Source of the DNA: Ophelia neglecta
Lineage: Eukaryota
NCBI GenBank assembly: GCA_965285935.1
Contig: OZ260664.1
Coordinates: forward strand, 4,030,001-4,094,000
Length of the DNA: 64,000 nt
Direction: 5' to 3'
Shown here in pieces: positions 12,557 through 24,400 of the stretch (position 1 is the first letter of the stretch; every line of letters begins with the position of its first letter). The notes beneath the pieces were generated by a model that did not search any database, was not told the origin of the DNA, and was given only the letters and a program-made list of their open reading frames with translations. A program made the translations under genes and the position numbers.

Positions 12557-14603
12557 ATCCAATACTAAAAAAGAACTCTTTGATTGTTTGAAATGTTTGA
12601 AATGAGATACTATCGAAATAAGGTTTCTGAAAACAAAAATAACTCCAAGGCTTTGTTTAAAATGGTTAAGAAATTTAGTAAGTCTAACGAAACTATCCTT
12701 CCCACCTGTTTGAATGCTACTCTCTCTGATCTTGCTGGAAAATTCAATGAATTCTTTCTAACTAAAGTTGTTAAAATTAGGGAAGAACTTGACAAGAAGA
12801 GGGTCACTGATAATACTTTTTCCTTTGATGTTGAAACTGCAGCTGGCACTATTTGGAATTAGTTTGTGCCTACTACTGAAATCGAGGTCAAGAAATTAAT
12901 CTCACAGAGCTCTTCAGCGGGCTGTGACCTTGATCCCATTCCTACATGTCTCTTGAAGGAATGCATTGATCCTATTCTACCTGTTATTACTAAGATAGTT
13001 AACAAGTCCTTGGAGCATGCCATTTTTCCAACTTCTCAGAAGAAAGCTCTAGTAAATCCAATACTAAAAAAAACTCTTTGAACCCTCAGATCTTAAAAAA
13101 CTATAGGCCGGTATCCAACTTGAGTTTCCTGTCGAAGCTCATTGAAAAGGTTGTTGCAGTTCGACTCAAAGACCATCTTGCTGAGCATGACTTAAATGAA
13201 CCATATCAGTCTGCGTATAGAGCTAAACATAGTACAGAGACTGCTCTGCTAAAAGTGCACAATGATATTGTGTGTGCTCTGGATTCTGGTATGGCTGTCA
13301 TACTGGTGCTGCTAGACCTTTCAGCAGCCTTCGACACGATAGACCACGATGTGCTGCTGAAGAGACTCAGTCTTTCTGTAGGAGCCAATGGAACTGTTCT
13401 CCAGTGGATGCGCTCCTATCTGACTTGTTGCACTCAGGCTGTTTATCTTGGGTCGGGTGCGTCATCCGAAGAAGCCGAGCTTCATTTTGCAGTTCCACAG
13501 CTATCTATACTTGGTCCACTTAAATTTGTCATTTATGTGGTTCCCTTAGGTAGAATTGTAAGGAAACATGGTCTATCCTTCCACATGTATGCCGATGACA
13601 GTCAGCTCTATATCTCTTTTAATGTACGTACAAACTGTTGTATTGCAAATGTTGTACAGTCTGTTGAACAATGTGTAGCTGAAATTAGACTCTGGATGCG
13701 AGATAACCTCCTGAAAATTAATGATGATAAAACAGAACTGCTGGTGATAAGTACCCCTTACTATAAACCAAAACTCCACGGGATCACCGTTAAAATTGGT
13801 GACTGTGAGATTACTCCTTCCCCAGAGGTTTGAAATCTGGGAGCCTGGTTTGACGATGCTATGAACATGAAAGCTCATATTCAGAGGGTATGTGCAGCGG
13901 CCTACGGTCAGTTGAGACACATTAGGTCTTTCTCTCATCTGTTGACTCGTGATAGTTTAGAGACTGTCATGCATGCTTTCATCAGCTCTCGTCTTGACTA
14001 TTGTAATTCACTGCTTATCGGTATTCCTAAAAAGGGGTAGCTAAACTACAGAAAATACAAAACATTGCGGCGCGCATGGTTACAGGTTCCTCCAGATCTG
14101 AGTCTGTCACGGAGATCCTGAAGAGCTTACATTGGCTACCAATTCAAGCCCGAATAGACTTTAAGTTGCTCCTCTTGGTCTACAAAGTGCTCCATAATTT
14201 GACCCCAGATTATCTTTCGGCACTCGTATCTTTCAAACCTGTTCTGCGTGAAAATATGCGTTCAACCTCAACAACTTTGCTCCACGTTCCTCCTTCTAAA
14301 TTAAAAACATGTGGTGATCGGGCTTTTTCAGTCGCTGCTCCACGGCTCTGGAATAGCCTGCCTCGTAACATCAGAGTTATTGACAGTATTTTCAAATTTA
14401 AAAAAAACATTAAAAAGTATCTGTTTAAAGCAGCCTTTCAACACTAATTTTTCCTTCTGATTTATTTGTTGATTTGTAAATAGGTGTTTCTTGTAATCGT
14501 TTTTATCTAATGCTTTGTTTTAACTCATTGTGAAGTGCTATAGAGCAGTGTTAATTGAATGTAGCGCTATATAAATAAAACTTATTATTATTATTATTAT
14601 TAT
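12557..14603 (+). mobile_element. 5'-truncated L2-clade LINE (ORF2 RT region, disrupted)
   Basis: ORF pieces 12584-14447 carry NYRPVSNLSFLSKLIEK, QSAYR..HSTETAL, LLDLSAAFDT, YADD, LHWLP and GDRAFSVAAPRLWNSLP, with several stops and frameshifts. L2-type 3' end (GTGCTATAGAGC...AGCGCTATATAAATAAA) and (TTA)n tail to 14603. Confidence 0.93.
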
Positions 14604-14820
14604 CTTGTATTTGTTTCAATCAGTCGCATCACCTGATTTAAAAGGGCGGGGACAGGGATTTTGTAATTCAACATTGTATTACATTTGACTCTAGATAGGG
14701 ACAGAGACAGACTGTGCTCCCTTGGCCGCATACGGGTCATGTGTGATGCATCATTTTAGTGAAACTTAGTCTATTCAGTTTAGGCAATGATGCATCAAAC
14801 AAAAATGGTATCTTAATGTG

Positions 14821-14840
14821 TCTCCTTGTATGTTTTGCAG
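14821..14840 (+). promoter_or_regulatory. Putative splice acceptor for a 5' UTR exon of the + strand GPCR
   Basis: TCTCCTTGTATGTTTTGCAG|G is a pyrimidine tract plus CAG ~810 nt upstream of the GPCR ATG. An alternative acceptor ends at 15162. No transcript evidence. Confidence 0.3.
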
Positions 14841-14848
14841 GGAACTTT

Positions 14849-14944
14849 AGACGAAAACCAATTACCGTTCTTCATATCAATAGCAGCCCAGCTCAGACGG
14901 AAACCAATGACGGTTCTTCATTTGGCTAGCAACCACAGCTCCGA
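14849..14944. repeat. Tandem duplication, 2 x 46 bp
   Basis: AGACGAAAACCAATTACCGTTCTTCAT...CAGCTC at 14849 recurs as AGACGGAAACCAATGACGGTTCTTCAT...CAGCTC at 14895. Confidence 0.8.
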
Positions 14945-15650
14945 CTTATCAAGTCAAAGTGTGACACAAGCCTTAATCCAAGTAGTCGGATTGCCCTGAG
15001 TGCCTGACGTTCAAGATAAGACATGTAATATTAAATTGTAAGCAGGAAGAATACAAACACAGAATCCAACAATGGGATAACAGCTAGATCTGAAGCAAAA
15101 TTCAGTGGGATAACCTTACACACCATTACAATATTGATTGATTCAATATCTTCATCTTATAGTTGGAACAAAGCAAAGTACGCTCTTCCGCGCCTGTGTG
15201 TCATTTTCATTTACTAGTGAGTCAGCTTCCGCTCAAGAGGCTGTCAGATAATGGCGATGTTAAGAAGAGAGATAATCAACGATACATTCAAACCAAGAGT
15301 TCATTAGTACAAAAAGTTGGTACTCAGACACACACAACACGGCCGGAGGAACAACTGTGTATAATTGTTTGAGTTGCAATGGTCTATTTACCACCGCTAT
15401 GATTTTCGATGACTTTTGCCCATAAATATCACGATGTCGAATTATTCAATAACTAGCGTGTTCCATGAACTACGAGCGTTCGCCGCTGAATTTTAGAGAA
15501 GTTAAGTGCTAAGACCGGCTGAAAATTTCACAAACTATAAACTATTTCCGTGGATTGGAGGGGGATATGAACCGATCCATGCACTGAGAAAAGCCAGGGA
15601 AGTGTTTGGTTGATAAAGTACACATAGGCCACTCGAAATTGATTGCCAAA

Positions 15651-16814
15651 ATGTTTCATGCAGGATGTGGTATTACCGTGATGAACATTTCCCAATGTAT
15701 CACTACTTATGACAACGTTACTAAGGTAACCACCAGGTATTTAGGAGAACCCCTTGAGGTTGCGGTAGAACTATACCTAATCGGCCTGATGTGTCTGGTC
15801 GGGATATTTGGAAACTTGGTAACTATTGTGGTTCTTTGCCGGGACAAGGAGAGACGGGAGGCTTTGCTACTACTTCAGGCCCTGGCGGTGGCCGATGGAC
15901 TGTATTCATTGGTAGCTATTCTAAGATACCCACTCAAACATCTTCTGCCTGACTATCGCTCCTACGTCTTAATGCAACCAGTGGTATTTCCAATGCTAAA
16001 GACTCTCCAGACTATCACTATTTGGACAATAGTACTCGTTACTATTGATAGATATATTTACGTGTGTAAGCCATTCTACGCCCCGCAGATGTTCAACAAA
16101 CGGACACAGCGAAGAGCCGCAGTGTGTATTTTCATTCTGGGTTTTCTGTATAATTTGCCGAGATTTTTTGAGAGTTGTCTCGTTGAATGGTTTAATCCCT
16201 GTAACAATACGACTATCAGCCGCAGTATCATCAGTCCTCAGTTTAACCACCCTCTATATTATGATATTTACCAACAGGGGGCGTATATAGTGCTACTGTA
16301 TATCTTACCACTGGCTATACTATCTTATGTGAACGCTCGCCTGGTGCACGCAATTCGCGTCTCCAGGCGGCGCCACCGAGATAGCACTACTACCCCAGAA
16401 TACAGCGAGAACAATGCCACTCTCGTCCTTGTGATAATTGTCGTAGTATTCATAATCTGTGAGACGCCTGAACTATTCCTAAGAATAGCAACTGTGGTGG
16501 AGAGGAAAGTCAAGGCCGTCACTTTTTCCAAAGCATTTAGTGAGGGCCTCATACGTTTCAATATCGTTAGTCAGTTTCTGATGGTGATTAACTCATCCAT
16601 TAACTTCTTTGTTTACGTTATCTTTGGGCGAAGATTCCGCAGCGTTATGAAGGAAACCTTCACCGTAAGGTTTCCGACAAGTGTCACTCACGTAAGTCAT
16701 GAGACAGTTCCGCTTCAACGAAATCCACTCCATCTTATTAGAGCCAATATTTTACGGAAGAAACAAGTGGAAAAATATGCTCATCCAATGAACAATCAAT
16801 TTAACCACCGATGA
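15651..16814 (+). CDS. Class A 7TM GPCR, FMRFamide-receptor-like (paralog 1), coding region in one exon
   Basis: Seven hydrophobic segments; GN (TM1), LAVAD (TM2), DRY (TM3), YNLPRF (TM4), CETP (TM6), NSSINFFVY (TM7) and FR helix 8. ATG 15651 (MFHAGCG) aligns with the paralogs' starts; the ORF track's 15606 start is a TTG. Confidence 0.93.
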   Translation: MFHAGCGITVMNISQCITTYDNVTKVTTRYLGEPLEVAVELYLIGLMCLVGIFGNLVTIVVLCRDKERREALLLLQALAVADGLYSLVAILRYPLKHLLPDYRSYVLMQPVVFPMLKTLQTITIWTIVLVTIDRYIYVCKPFYAPQMFNKRTQRRAAVCIFILGFLYNLPRFFESCLVEWFNPCNNTTISRSIISPQFNHPLYYDIYQQGAYIVLLYILPLAILSYVNARLVHAIRVSRRRHRDSTTTPEYSENNATLVLVIIVVVFIICETPELFLRIATVVERKVKAVTFSKAFSEGLIRFNIVSQFLMVINSSINFFVYVIFGRRFRSVMKETFTVRFPTSVTHVSHETVPLQRNPLHLIRANILRKKQVEKYAHPMNNQFNHR

Positions 16815-17511
16815 TATACATATTTTATGAAAGAACTTTTTTATTTGAAAGTTGTGCATTGCTTTAACCATTCTAGCTTCAACCATTTTGTAAGGATGTT
16901 CATATTATGGTGTATCTTGGCGCAAATTACCCTACCTCTTTAAATTAGTTATTTGCATCAATCCTAAATATTGTGTAAAAGACTATCTTAGTGTTTCACA
17001 ATTGTAATAAATCTTCAGTATTTCGATAAAACACTGCTGGTCCCTATCCTGTGTAGCAGATGTGAGACAATTCTAATGGATTACAAGGCTACTTCTACTC
17101 GATCATTTATATCAGCCTTTCCAAGATCATTCCTTGTAGGAATGAATGATTGGATGATTAGTCCCCAGGCAGCAATGAAGAACCTAGAATGTGAATAATA
17201 AATGGCGACAGTTCAGTGCAGAGGTATCCAATGGAATCGGTTTGGCGTAGGCCGCTCTATATGCATGATTTCTTTCATTAGTTTCAATAAGAAGCTTGCA
17301 AAATTTAGTAATATACGAGGAACACAAATTAAAGATATATGCACTTCTTTTTTGTATAAACGCCGAAACTGACGTTCATGCTTCTTAAACTATTGCACCG
17401 CTGATTCATATTGTTAAGGTGGTGATTTTTATGTCTTTATAACAATCCTGAAATTTGAAATAACTGTGTTCCTTTTTCTTTAATATCATTGGCACTATAA
17501 AAACAGGGAAT

Positions 17512-17937
17512 AGGACACACGGGTCGGAATCCCCCTGGCGGAATGGTCGCAACCGCCCGGCGTGAAGGGAGACAGAGGGGTGGTAACATTCCAGATGGGA
17601 GACAGTGCCATGGGGCCAGAACCCCCCCCCCCCCCCTGCAAGGAGGGAGACGAAGGGTTCGGATCCCCTCGGTGAAGACTGGGGTCGGTACCCCTTGTGA
17701 GGGGGGGGGGGGGGCACATGTATCGGAACCCCCTGGGGGAGGGAGCCATAGGGGTCAGAAGCCACTGGGAAGCGAGGCACACAGGGTTCAGGACACTCTG
17801 GGAGGACTTGGGGCACAGGTGTTTGCACCCTCGTGCAAGGAGACGTGACACAGGGGTGAGGTCCCACTGGGGGAGAGGGGTCCAAGATTCCGAACTCCAG
17901 TGCCACAGGAGTCTTGATCCCCCTGAGGGAAGGGAGT
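17512..17937. repeat. GC-rich degenerate minisatellite (~32-35 bp units) with G-runs
   Basis: Roughly a dozen recurring GGCACAGGGGTTCGGATCCCCCTGGGGGAGGG-like units, plus long C and G homopolymers, forming a sharp GC island in AT-rich DNA. Confidence 0.7.
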
Positions 17938-18232
17938 CATAAATGATCAAGTACAACGATAACCATATATAATTATTATTCAGATAATCATCAAAATAAG
18001 TGTTGCGTGTACGTAAAGTATGAAAATGTACATACATCTATGCATACACTTTGGTCATGTACTTTTTCCTCTTATCATGTCATAATCTTTCCATTATTAA
18101 TGAAAGTAAATCTCTGACTTGTTCAAATACAGCTGATGGACCAGCGCCATATCATTATCTTTCTTGGACCTTAATGAAATTAAAAAATGTATTGTAGTGA
18201 GTAGAATTGTAGCATCAACCAACTGATTGGCT

Positions 18233-18420
18233 TTAATCAAATGTCATCCTTGGACCACACCAATATGCATTCCAAACACCTCTAGGATCTAACATCATGC
18301 TCCAGAATAATACCGTGTGCTGATACATGTACATGCCATCCATTACAACCCAATTCATTTCATTGCCTAAAGTTCCAATTATATTAAGACCGATCCTATC
18401 GAATGTGCCCTGTTTGCTAA
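18233..18420 (-). mobile_element. Possible old Gypsy integrase remnant
   Basis: TFDRIGLNIIGTLGNEMNWVVMD resembles the rve core start PF.R.G.D..GPL...GN.Y.LV..D. The rest is badly decayed. Confidence 0.35.
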
Positions 18421-21400
18421 AGCACACACAAAGTAGGATCAAGGTAATTGTATGATGGCAATATATTCTATCGCACTGTGCGTAGGCTGATTTGATTTGG
18501 TAATTTGAACTGTTTTCCGATCATAGCCGCATCTGCCATCCTCTTCTATATTAGAAGGATTCCGGATTCTCTTACTGACACATTACTTTATAACATTGTT
18601 AGATAAAGTGACTGGCGGATGTCAAAAGAGATAAAATTTTGAAATGAATGACACGCGAATCACGATATCAATTCTTAAACGAAATTAAATATCAACATGA
18701 ATGTCATTGCAAAGGGGAATGTATTACAAACTATTAAATTTATGGAATCAAAGAGACAAGTTTAAAAGATGTCAGCATGCAGAAAATCTACATAGCGTCT
18801 GAACCTACTTCAACAGTCATAACACCCAACTGAGCTCCTCACTGTTTTTGTTAAATTATATAAAGATTAATATGTACAAGTATAAGTTAGGACGTCGAAC
18901 ACTGGTTTTATATCGTCCATAATCATGTTTAGATATGGCTTACCAAAGGTAGAAATTGCTGAGATTATATTTAAAAACCGTGCATTTGCAATGCCTTCCC
19001 AATGTTCACCAACGAATTATGGGAACTATTGTCCACTATGATAATATTTTTTATTAAAATTGATTGTAGAATAAGTCAAAATAATAACAAATCGTAAGTT
19101 AATATACTTGTACAGATATGTGTAAACAATAAAATATCCTTATTATCACGCACTACGGAGCTGTGCGTTTGATTTAAATTTCTCTTTAAATGCCTTAAAT
19201 GCTTTAAATGAAGCCTTTTATTCCGTATTGGAAAACGGCTTTGAACCACCAAGCTGACAAGCACAATGACACAAGCTGAAGGGAGAACCATATTAAATGT
19301 AGATGATGCCATACAGATCAGTCGAAGGCAGGAAAGGGAGGAGGAGGGATGGCGCTGATGCACACACGGAACTAACTTATCTTATTCATGTATAAAAGGC
19401 CATCCGCAAGCGCATATACATATATAAACGCTGTAATAAATACTGCCTCGCACAGATAAGGCTTACCGCGCGCTTTGACGTCACGTATCGTATAGCAACA
19501 GTCGACGTAATTTGACATCACATTCAATCGATTTACTCCATCCTGCACCTAACTCCAACCTTATAGACGCCAAAAGTTTATTAATATCCTGGACCCTAAC
19601 CCTTACGCTAACCCTAATCAGTGTATCACGGTCGATATCGGCATTTCTTTTATCTACATGAGTTTCAATTTTGCTGAACCAATCCACTTTACGTTGGATG
19701 AAGCTGAGTCAAGCACAATGGTTTACACAAAGGACCGCCTCTCCAATTTCTTTTATTGGACAATGCTATAGAGAAACCCAATATTACGAATGTCAAATTG
19801 AACAATTTAACCTGCATCAAATAGTTCGGTAAACTAAGCAAGTCATCAATCATAAAGGTCCACCTGTGAGCCAAAACAAAACAATGTGACTTTATAACAA
19901 GGACACTCTTTATCAAGTACCATTATTAAAACAGCGAGTGTGAGTGTGATTTTAAGAGATTAAAATTGGTAGATCATATTTTGAGAGAAAGGCAAGTCCA
20001 ATCTGTCTTTCTGTGCCACTGGTGCGTCCCACTTTTGAATTTGATACAGTATCCCTTATATATTGTCCGTTAAGTGGATTTTAGATTTAGATACAGCAAC
20101 GTATCACTTAAATGCTCTTATTAAAAGTTTTTAACAATTTCCGGATGTTCCTTATCTGTCGCACAGAAACCGTGTAAGTTTTTCAATAAGTTCAAAGTAA
20201 GCGCATTTTGGCTAAGTATATTCTGTTGCCGTGTGAAGAAAATAAGTGAGAATAATATGAGCAGCCTTGAAAGCGATTAATGTGTCCGGACCGTGAAATC
20301 GGCAGAGTTTAGGTAAATGACCCAGAACACTGGATAAGACATTTAAGGCGAGAGGCCATTATTAACTCCTACAGCCAAGGACGTAGCTCTCATTCCTAAT
20401 ATACTCTTTCCAATGGAAACTGTCAAATTACCATTGCTTTCCGGTTAAGAAACACAGTTACTCCTCATATATGGTGGTCAGTTGCTATTGAGTTGATCAC
20501 ATAAGTAGAACTGCAAAAGAGTGACACTGGGATATATATACAGTTTCACATTATTGCATTTCTGGACACCCATTGATTCGCAAGACATTCATACCTAAAT
20601 CCACATAAGTACCAATATAAACAGACTCTTTTGTGTCGGGAGAAATACGGGATTGGATACCTGACAGACCAAGCACACTCATCAGAATAATGAAAGTGGT
20701 CCGAACGCATCAAGAATTGTCTGCTGCCTTCCCACAAAAAACAATCAACCGCTCTACTGTAAATAAGTACTCAGTGTTTGTTTATCACAATTAATAGTAT
20801 ATGTACATCGCATTTTGCAGTAAATAAACCAAAATTATATTCCTCCACCCTGTGGGCTACAGGCTTTTCATACGAAGTTGAGTTCTCCTGATATTCTGAC
20901 AATCTCTTTGTTTCCCGATTACCTTCCCAGTGTTAAATCACAAAGGTCTGGGATGCGTTGATTGTTGAGTCTAAATGACACGGGTGATTATCAGTCATGG
21001 CTGAATAAAAAGGTTGAATAATACTTCCTAAACTACACATTTAAGATTGTCTAAAGCATTTTGTTTCAACCAATTTGATGTAGGTCATATATTTTGGCCT
21101 TTGCCTGACACACAGACATAAACTTGATGCATGCTTTTAAGACCTGTGTGCCAGATAAGCTCACCTTTTATTCCTACCATGAGTTAATAAATGATAATCA
21201 GCGATATCACTCCAACGCGATTCATTTATGAAGAAGTATTTGATAATTTACCATAACGTTATGGATATATTTAGCTCGTAATTATATAATCACACTATAT
21301 ATATATAAAAGCAGTATTGTAAAATTATATGAAAGTGATGTCAAGTGGCCAAGCTAAATCCAATAATAAAGTTATTTGCAATTTTGTGCTATTTACATAT

Positions 21401-24400
21401 AAGACCTAAACGGACGGAGAGCTATATTGTGTGGATGCATTAAGCAAAATTGAAATCGGAAGATAATCTAAATAAATACTTTTAATTATTGTAATAAGAC
21501 ACCCTATATGTTCTTTACTTCTTGCCTCTATTCTAGCCATTTCATTGACTGCATATACTTCTTTTAAGGTTTGATTGGTGTCTGAATTATAGAGAAAGTG
21601 CCTTTGAACTTTTGGTTTTTAATTCAATTCGAATAAATTGTGTTCATCAATTCCCATGTGCATTACTCCATATAATTGTTTATGTGATGATAACGGTGTA
21701 TTACAAGGACACAGCAGACAGCATGCCGAACAGGCTGGGTGGGGCACGCGTTATATATATATATTGAAAGCATTCTAAATTTTTTCAGGCAAAGGCCAAT
21801 TTCCGAACACTGTTTAACCAATTTGCATCACCACGGCCAATCACAGAAATAGCTACGTTACCCAGTAAAAAACCAAGATTTTATTAGAATTTGACAGTTC
21901 ATCGATAGCTGTTCATGACTGATTGAGCCAATTTTCAAATGGAGCACGAATATCGACGGATCACGAAGGTCAGTGCCCTGTGAAGGAAATGTAGGCTCGA
22001 AGTACCCATAAATCAAACAAGGATTTCTTTATAAAATCGTTTAGCGAAATGTCTAACCAAAATATTTCAACATTGTTCAAGAAATGGAAACCAACGTCCT
22101 CGTTATAAGAATATGGCTAATAAAAAACAGGTGTATTGGCAATTGAATCCACATGTAAATAATGACGTAGTATCTATGTTAAAATCATAAAAAAAATGCT
22201 TAAACCTAAACCAATTTACGTAATGAAAAAGAGCTGATAATGCTCTGTACTGCTCTATTATCTTAGTGACAAATCATATGTAAAAGCTTCCTATAAAAGA
22301 TGGTACCAGATTAGTAAACGATTAGTAACATTAAAAATGTATTCCCCTTGTATGAGCGTGAGATTGATTGATTGAAGTTAGGACGTGTGGCTGCTCAGAA
22401 CTGGCAAATAATGAGACTACGGTAAATAAAAGCCGAGCCAACACCGTCTGTTAAAGACAGACGAAGCGGCATAGAGGACAAACGGACAACTAGTCGGCTT
22501 TATATGGCCATGAAGGCCCTGCGGCAGACCATTAAACCGTTCAATCGGTCAATATCTGTCCTCTGCATTGGAAGTAATGTGCGGCACGGCTAAAATAAGA
22601 CACTGGGCTGTGCATTGAAGTATTTAATGAATGATGGCTCAATTCGGGATCGGACGACATGTCACAGCAATAACTCTAGGCTTTGGAATTGAATCTGCGA
22701 CGTACTTTGGAACGTTTAGATTCCTGCTACCAGCAGCATGAAAAGGTCGCCTTACAACCATTCTCCTATTCAATCATCTGACAAATCCAAATACGTTTTA
22801 TAGCCATACGCGATCGTTCCGTTGTTTTGACCCCATATCCCAAAACCATGGTCTAAATACTATTTGTGTTTAAAGATTGAAAATATTTCTATAATTGTTG
22901 ATAAGCATAGTTCTTAAGCAGTTTGTTTAAGGTAACATGACCGGGCGGTAATGTTATATGTCATATGTAAGTCACCGAATGCGGTTAACCCAGCTTTGTA
23001 TATACCGATAGCCATGAATGATTGACTGGCTTGTGCTGTCGTTTGCCTCACATAATTGGAAACTCTTGATTATTTACATATTGCAAGTGATGTATAATTA
23101 TATTCTATTTCGTTACTATCTTTTTTATCATTATAATCCTCAGCCTATTCCTGAAAAGAGGATTAATAACGATTTTTCAATTTTATATACCCACAGTAAA
23201 ATATGGCCGACGTGGTTTACACATCGTACCAATACGTACTAACATTTGTGTGAATGCTAGACTAGAAGGGTGCTATCATATCTGATACTTTTCAAACATA
23301 AAAGGGCCCTGCTGTAAACTATCATTTACAAAAATGAACAATTAATGCAAACACATAACACACTGCACATTTGGCAATTGTTATTATTATTGACTCAAAT
23401 GGTTTCGTTCATTGGTTTCCATGAAACTTTCTGACAGTGGTACCAACAACTTGGTGCTCGACAAATTATGTGTTGTTCATCTAGTTTATCGGTAGTCATT
23501 GGTCTCGTATGCTCTGAATATCTACACAAACCAGTGCTTCTCTGTGAAGTCGGCAATTGCTAGCCTTAGTATGCAGCACTCCGGGATTTAGAATGCTATC
23601 AATGTGCGCTGGTTGTGGATGCGTGCCGGATAACAGAATATTACTGTGCACTTCATTGGGTACCAGCGCCTTGTTCCCATGAGTACCATATAACCTTTAT
23701 AGTAGCCACCGGTATGTAGCCATCGGAACTCACCTAGCCGATCGTTCCAATTTTTAACACTGTTAGTGCACTGTAGTTTATTAAGTTACCCCAGCTGTTA
23801 TCTCTCCTTTTACGTCTTGACTTTGAATACGTCGTGAATAATGTACTTTAATGATAACCAGGTAATACTGTACACTTTGTTTGAATCCTAGGCGTGGAGG
23901 TGATTTAATAGGTAGAAACATGTTGGTTGTTTATTAATTATAATCAGGGGAATTTTGAACGAACTGATATTTTAACACGTCTATAGATTGCAATAAGATG
24001 GCTGTCCTCGTGGGGTCTTCTAAGGGCCTGGAATGTAACACGCGGCATAGCAACATTGTAACACAGCGTGCTACCTAGAAGAATGATCAGTTTGATTAAT
24101 TCTTTGAAATTAATCCGACTGTTGTCTGCTCCGCGATACATCGTATAAACCACCCAAAAAGCGAACCAAAAGAGTTACTCTGAGACAGACAGTGTTGTGT
24201 ACATCCTAGAGTATATGTACTACATCCCCTCACAGACTGCCAGTTCGTACATAACAAAGCACAGTTCTAGTCCATAATAATAAAGGGATCATGGGCGGAT
24301 CAGGGTATCATGGTAAGTGTGGTATATAAAGCGGCAGTCGGCATCCACATCACACATGCATATTATGGGACAAAACAAAAGTGGTCTTTTTTCTTTCACA

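Noticed and set aside
17406-18037. Overlapping 166- and 180-aa Pro/Gly-rich ORFs
   Set aside because: They are open only because the GC-rich repeat lacks stop codons; no domain is recognisable.
19594-19617. Telomere-like CCCTAA repeats
   Set aside because: Only 3-4 imperfect units; more likely internal motifs of a repeat element than an interstitial telomere.
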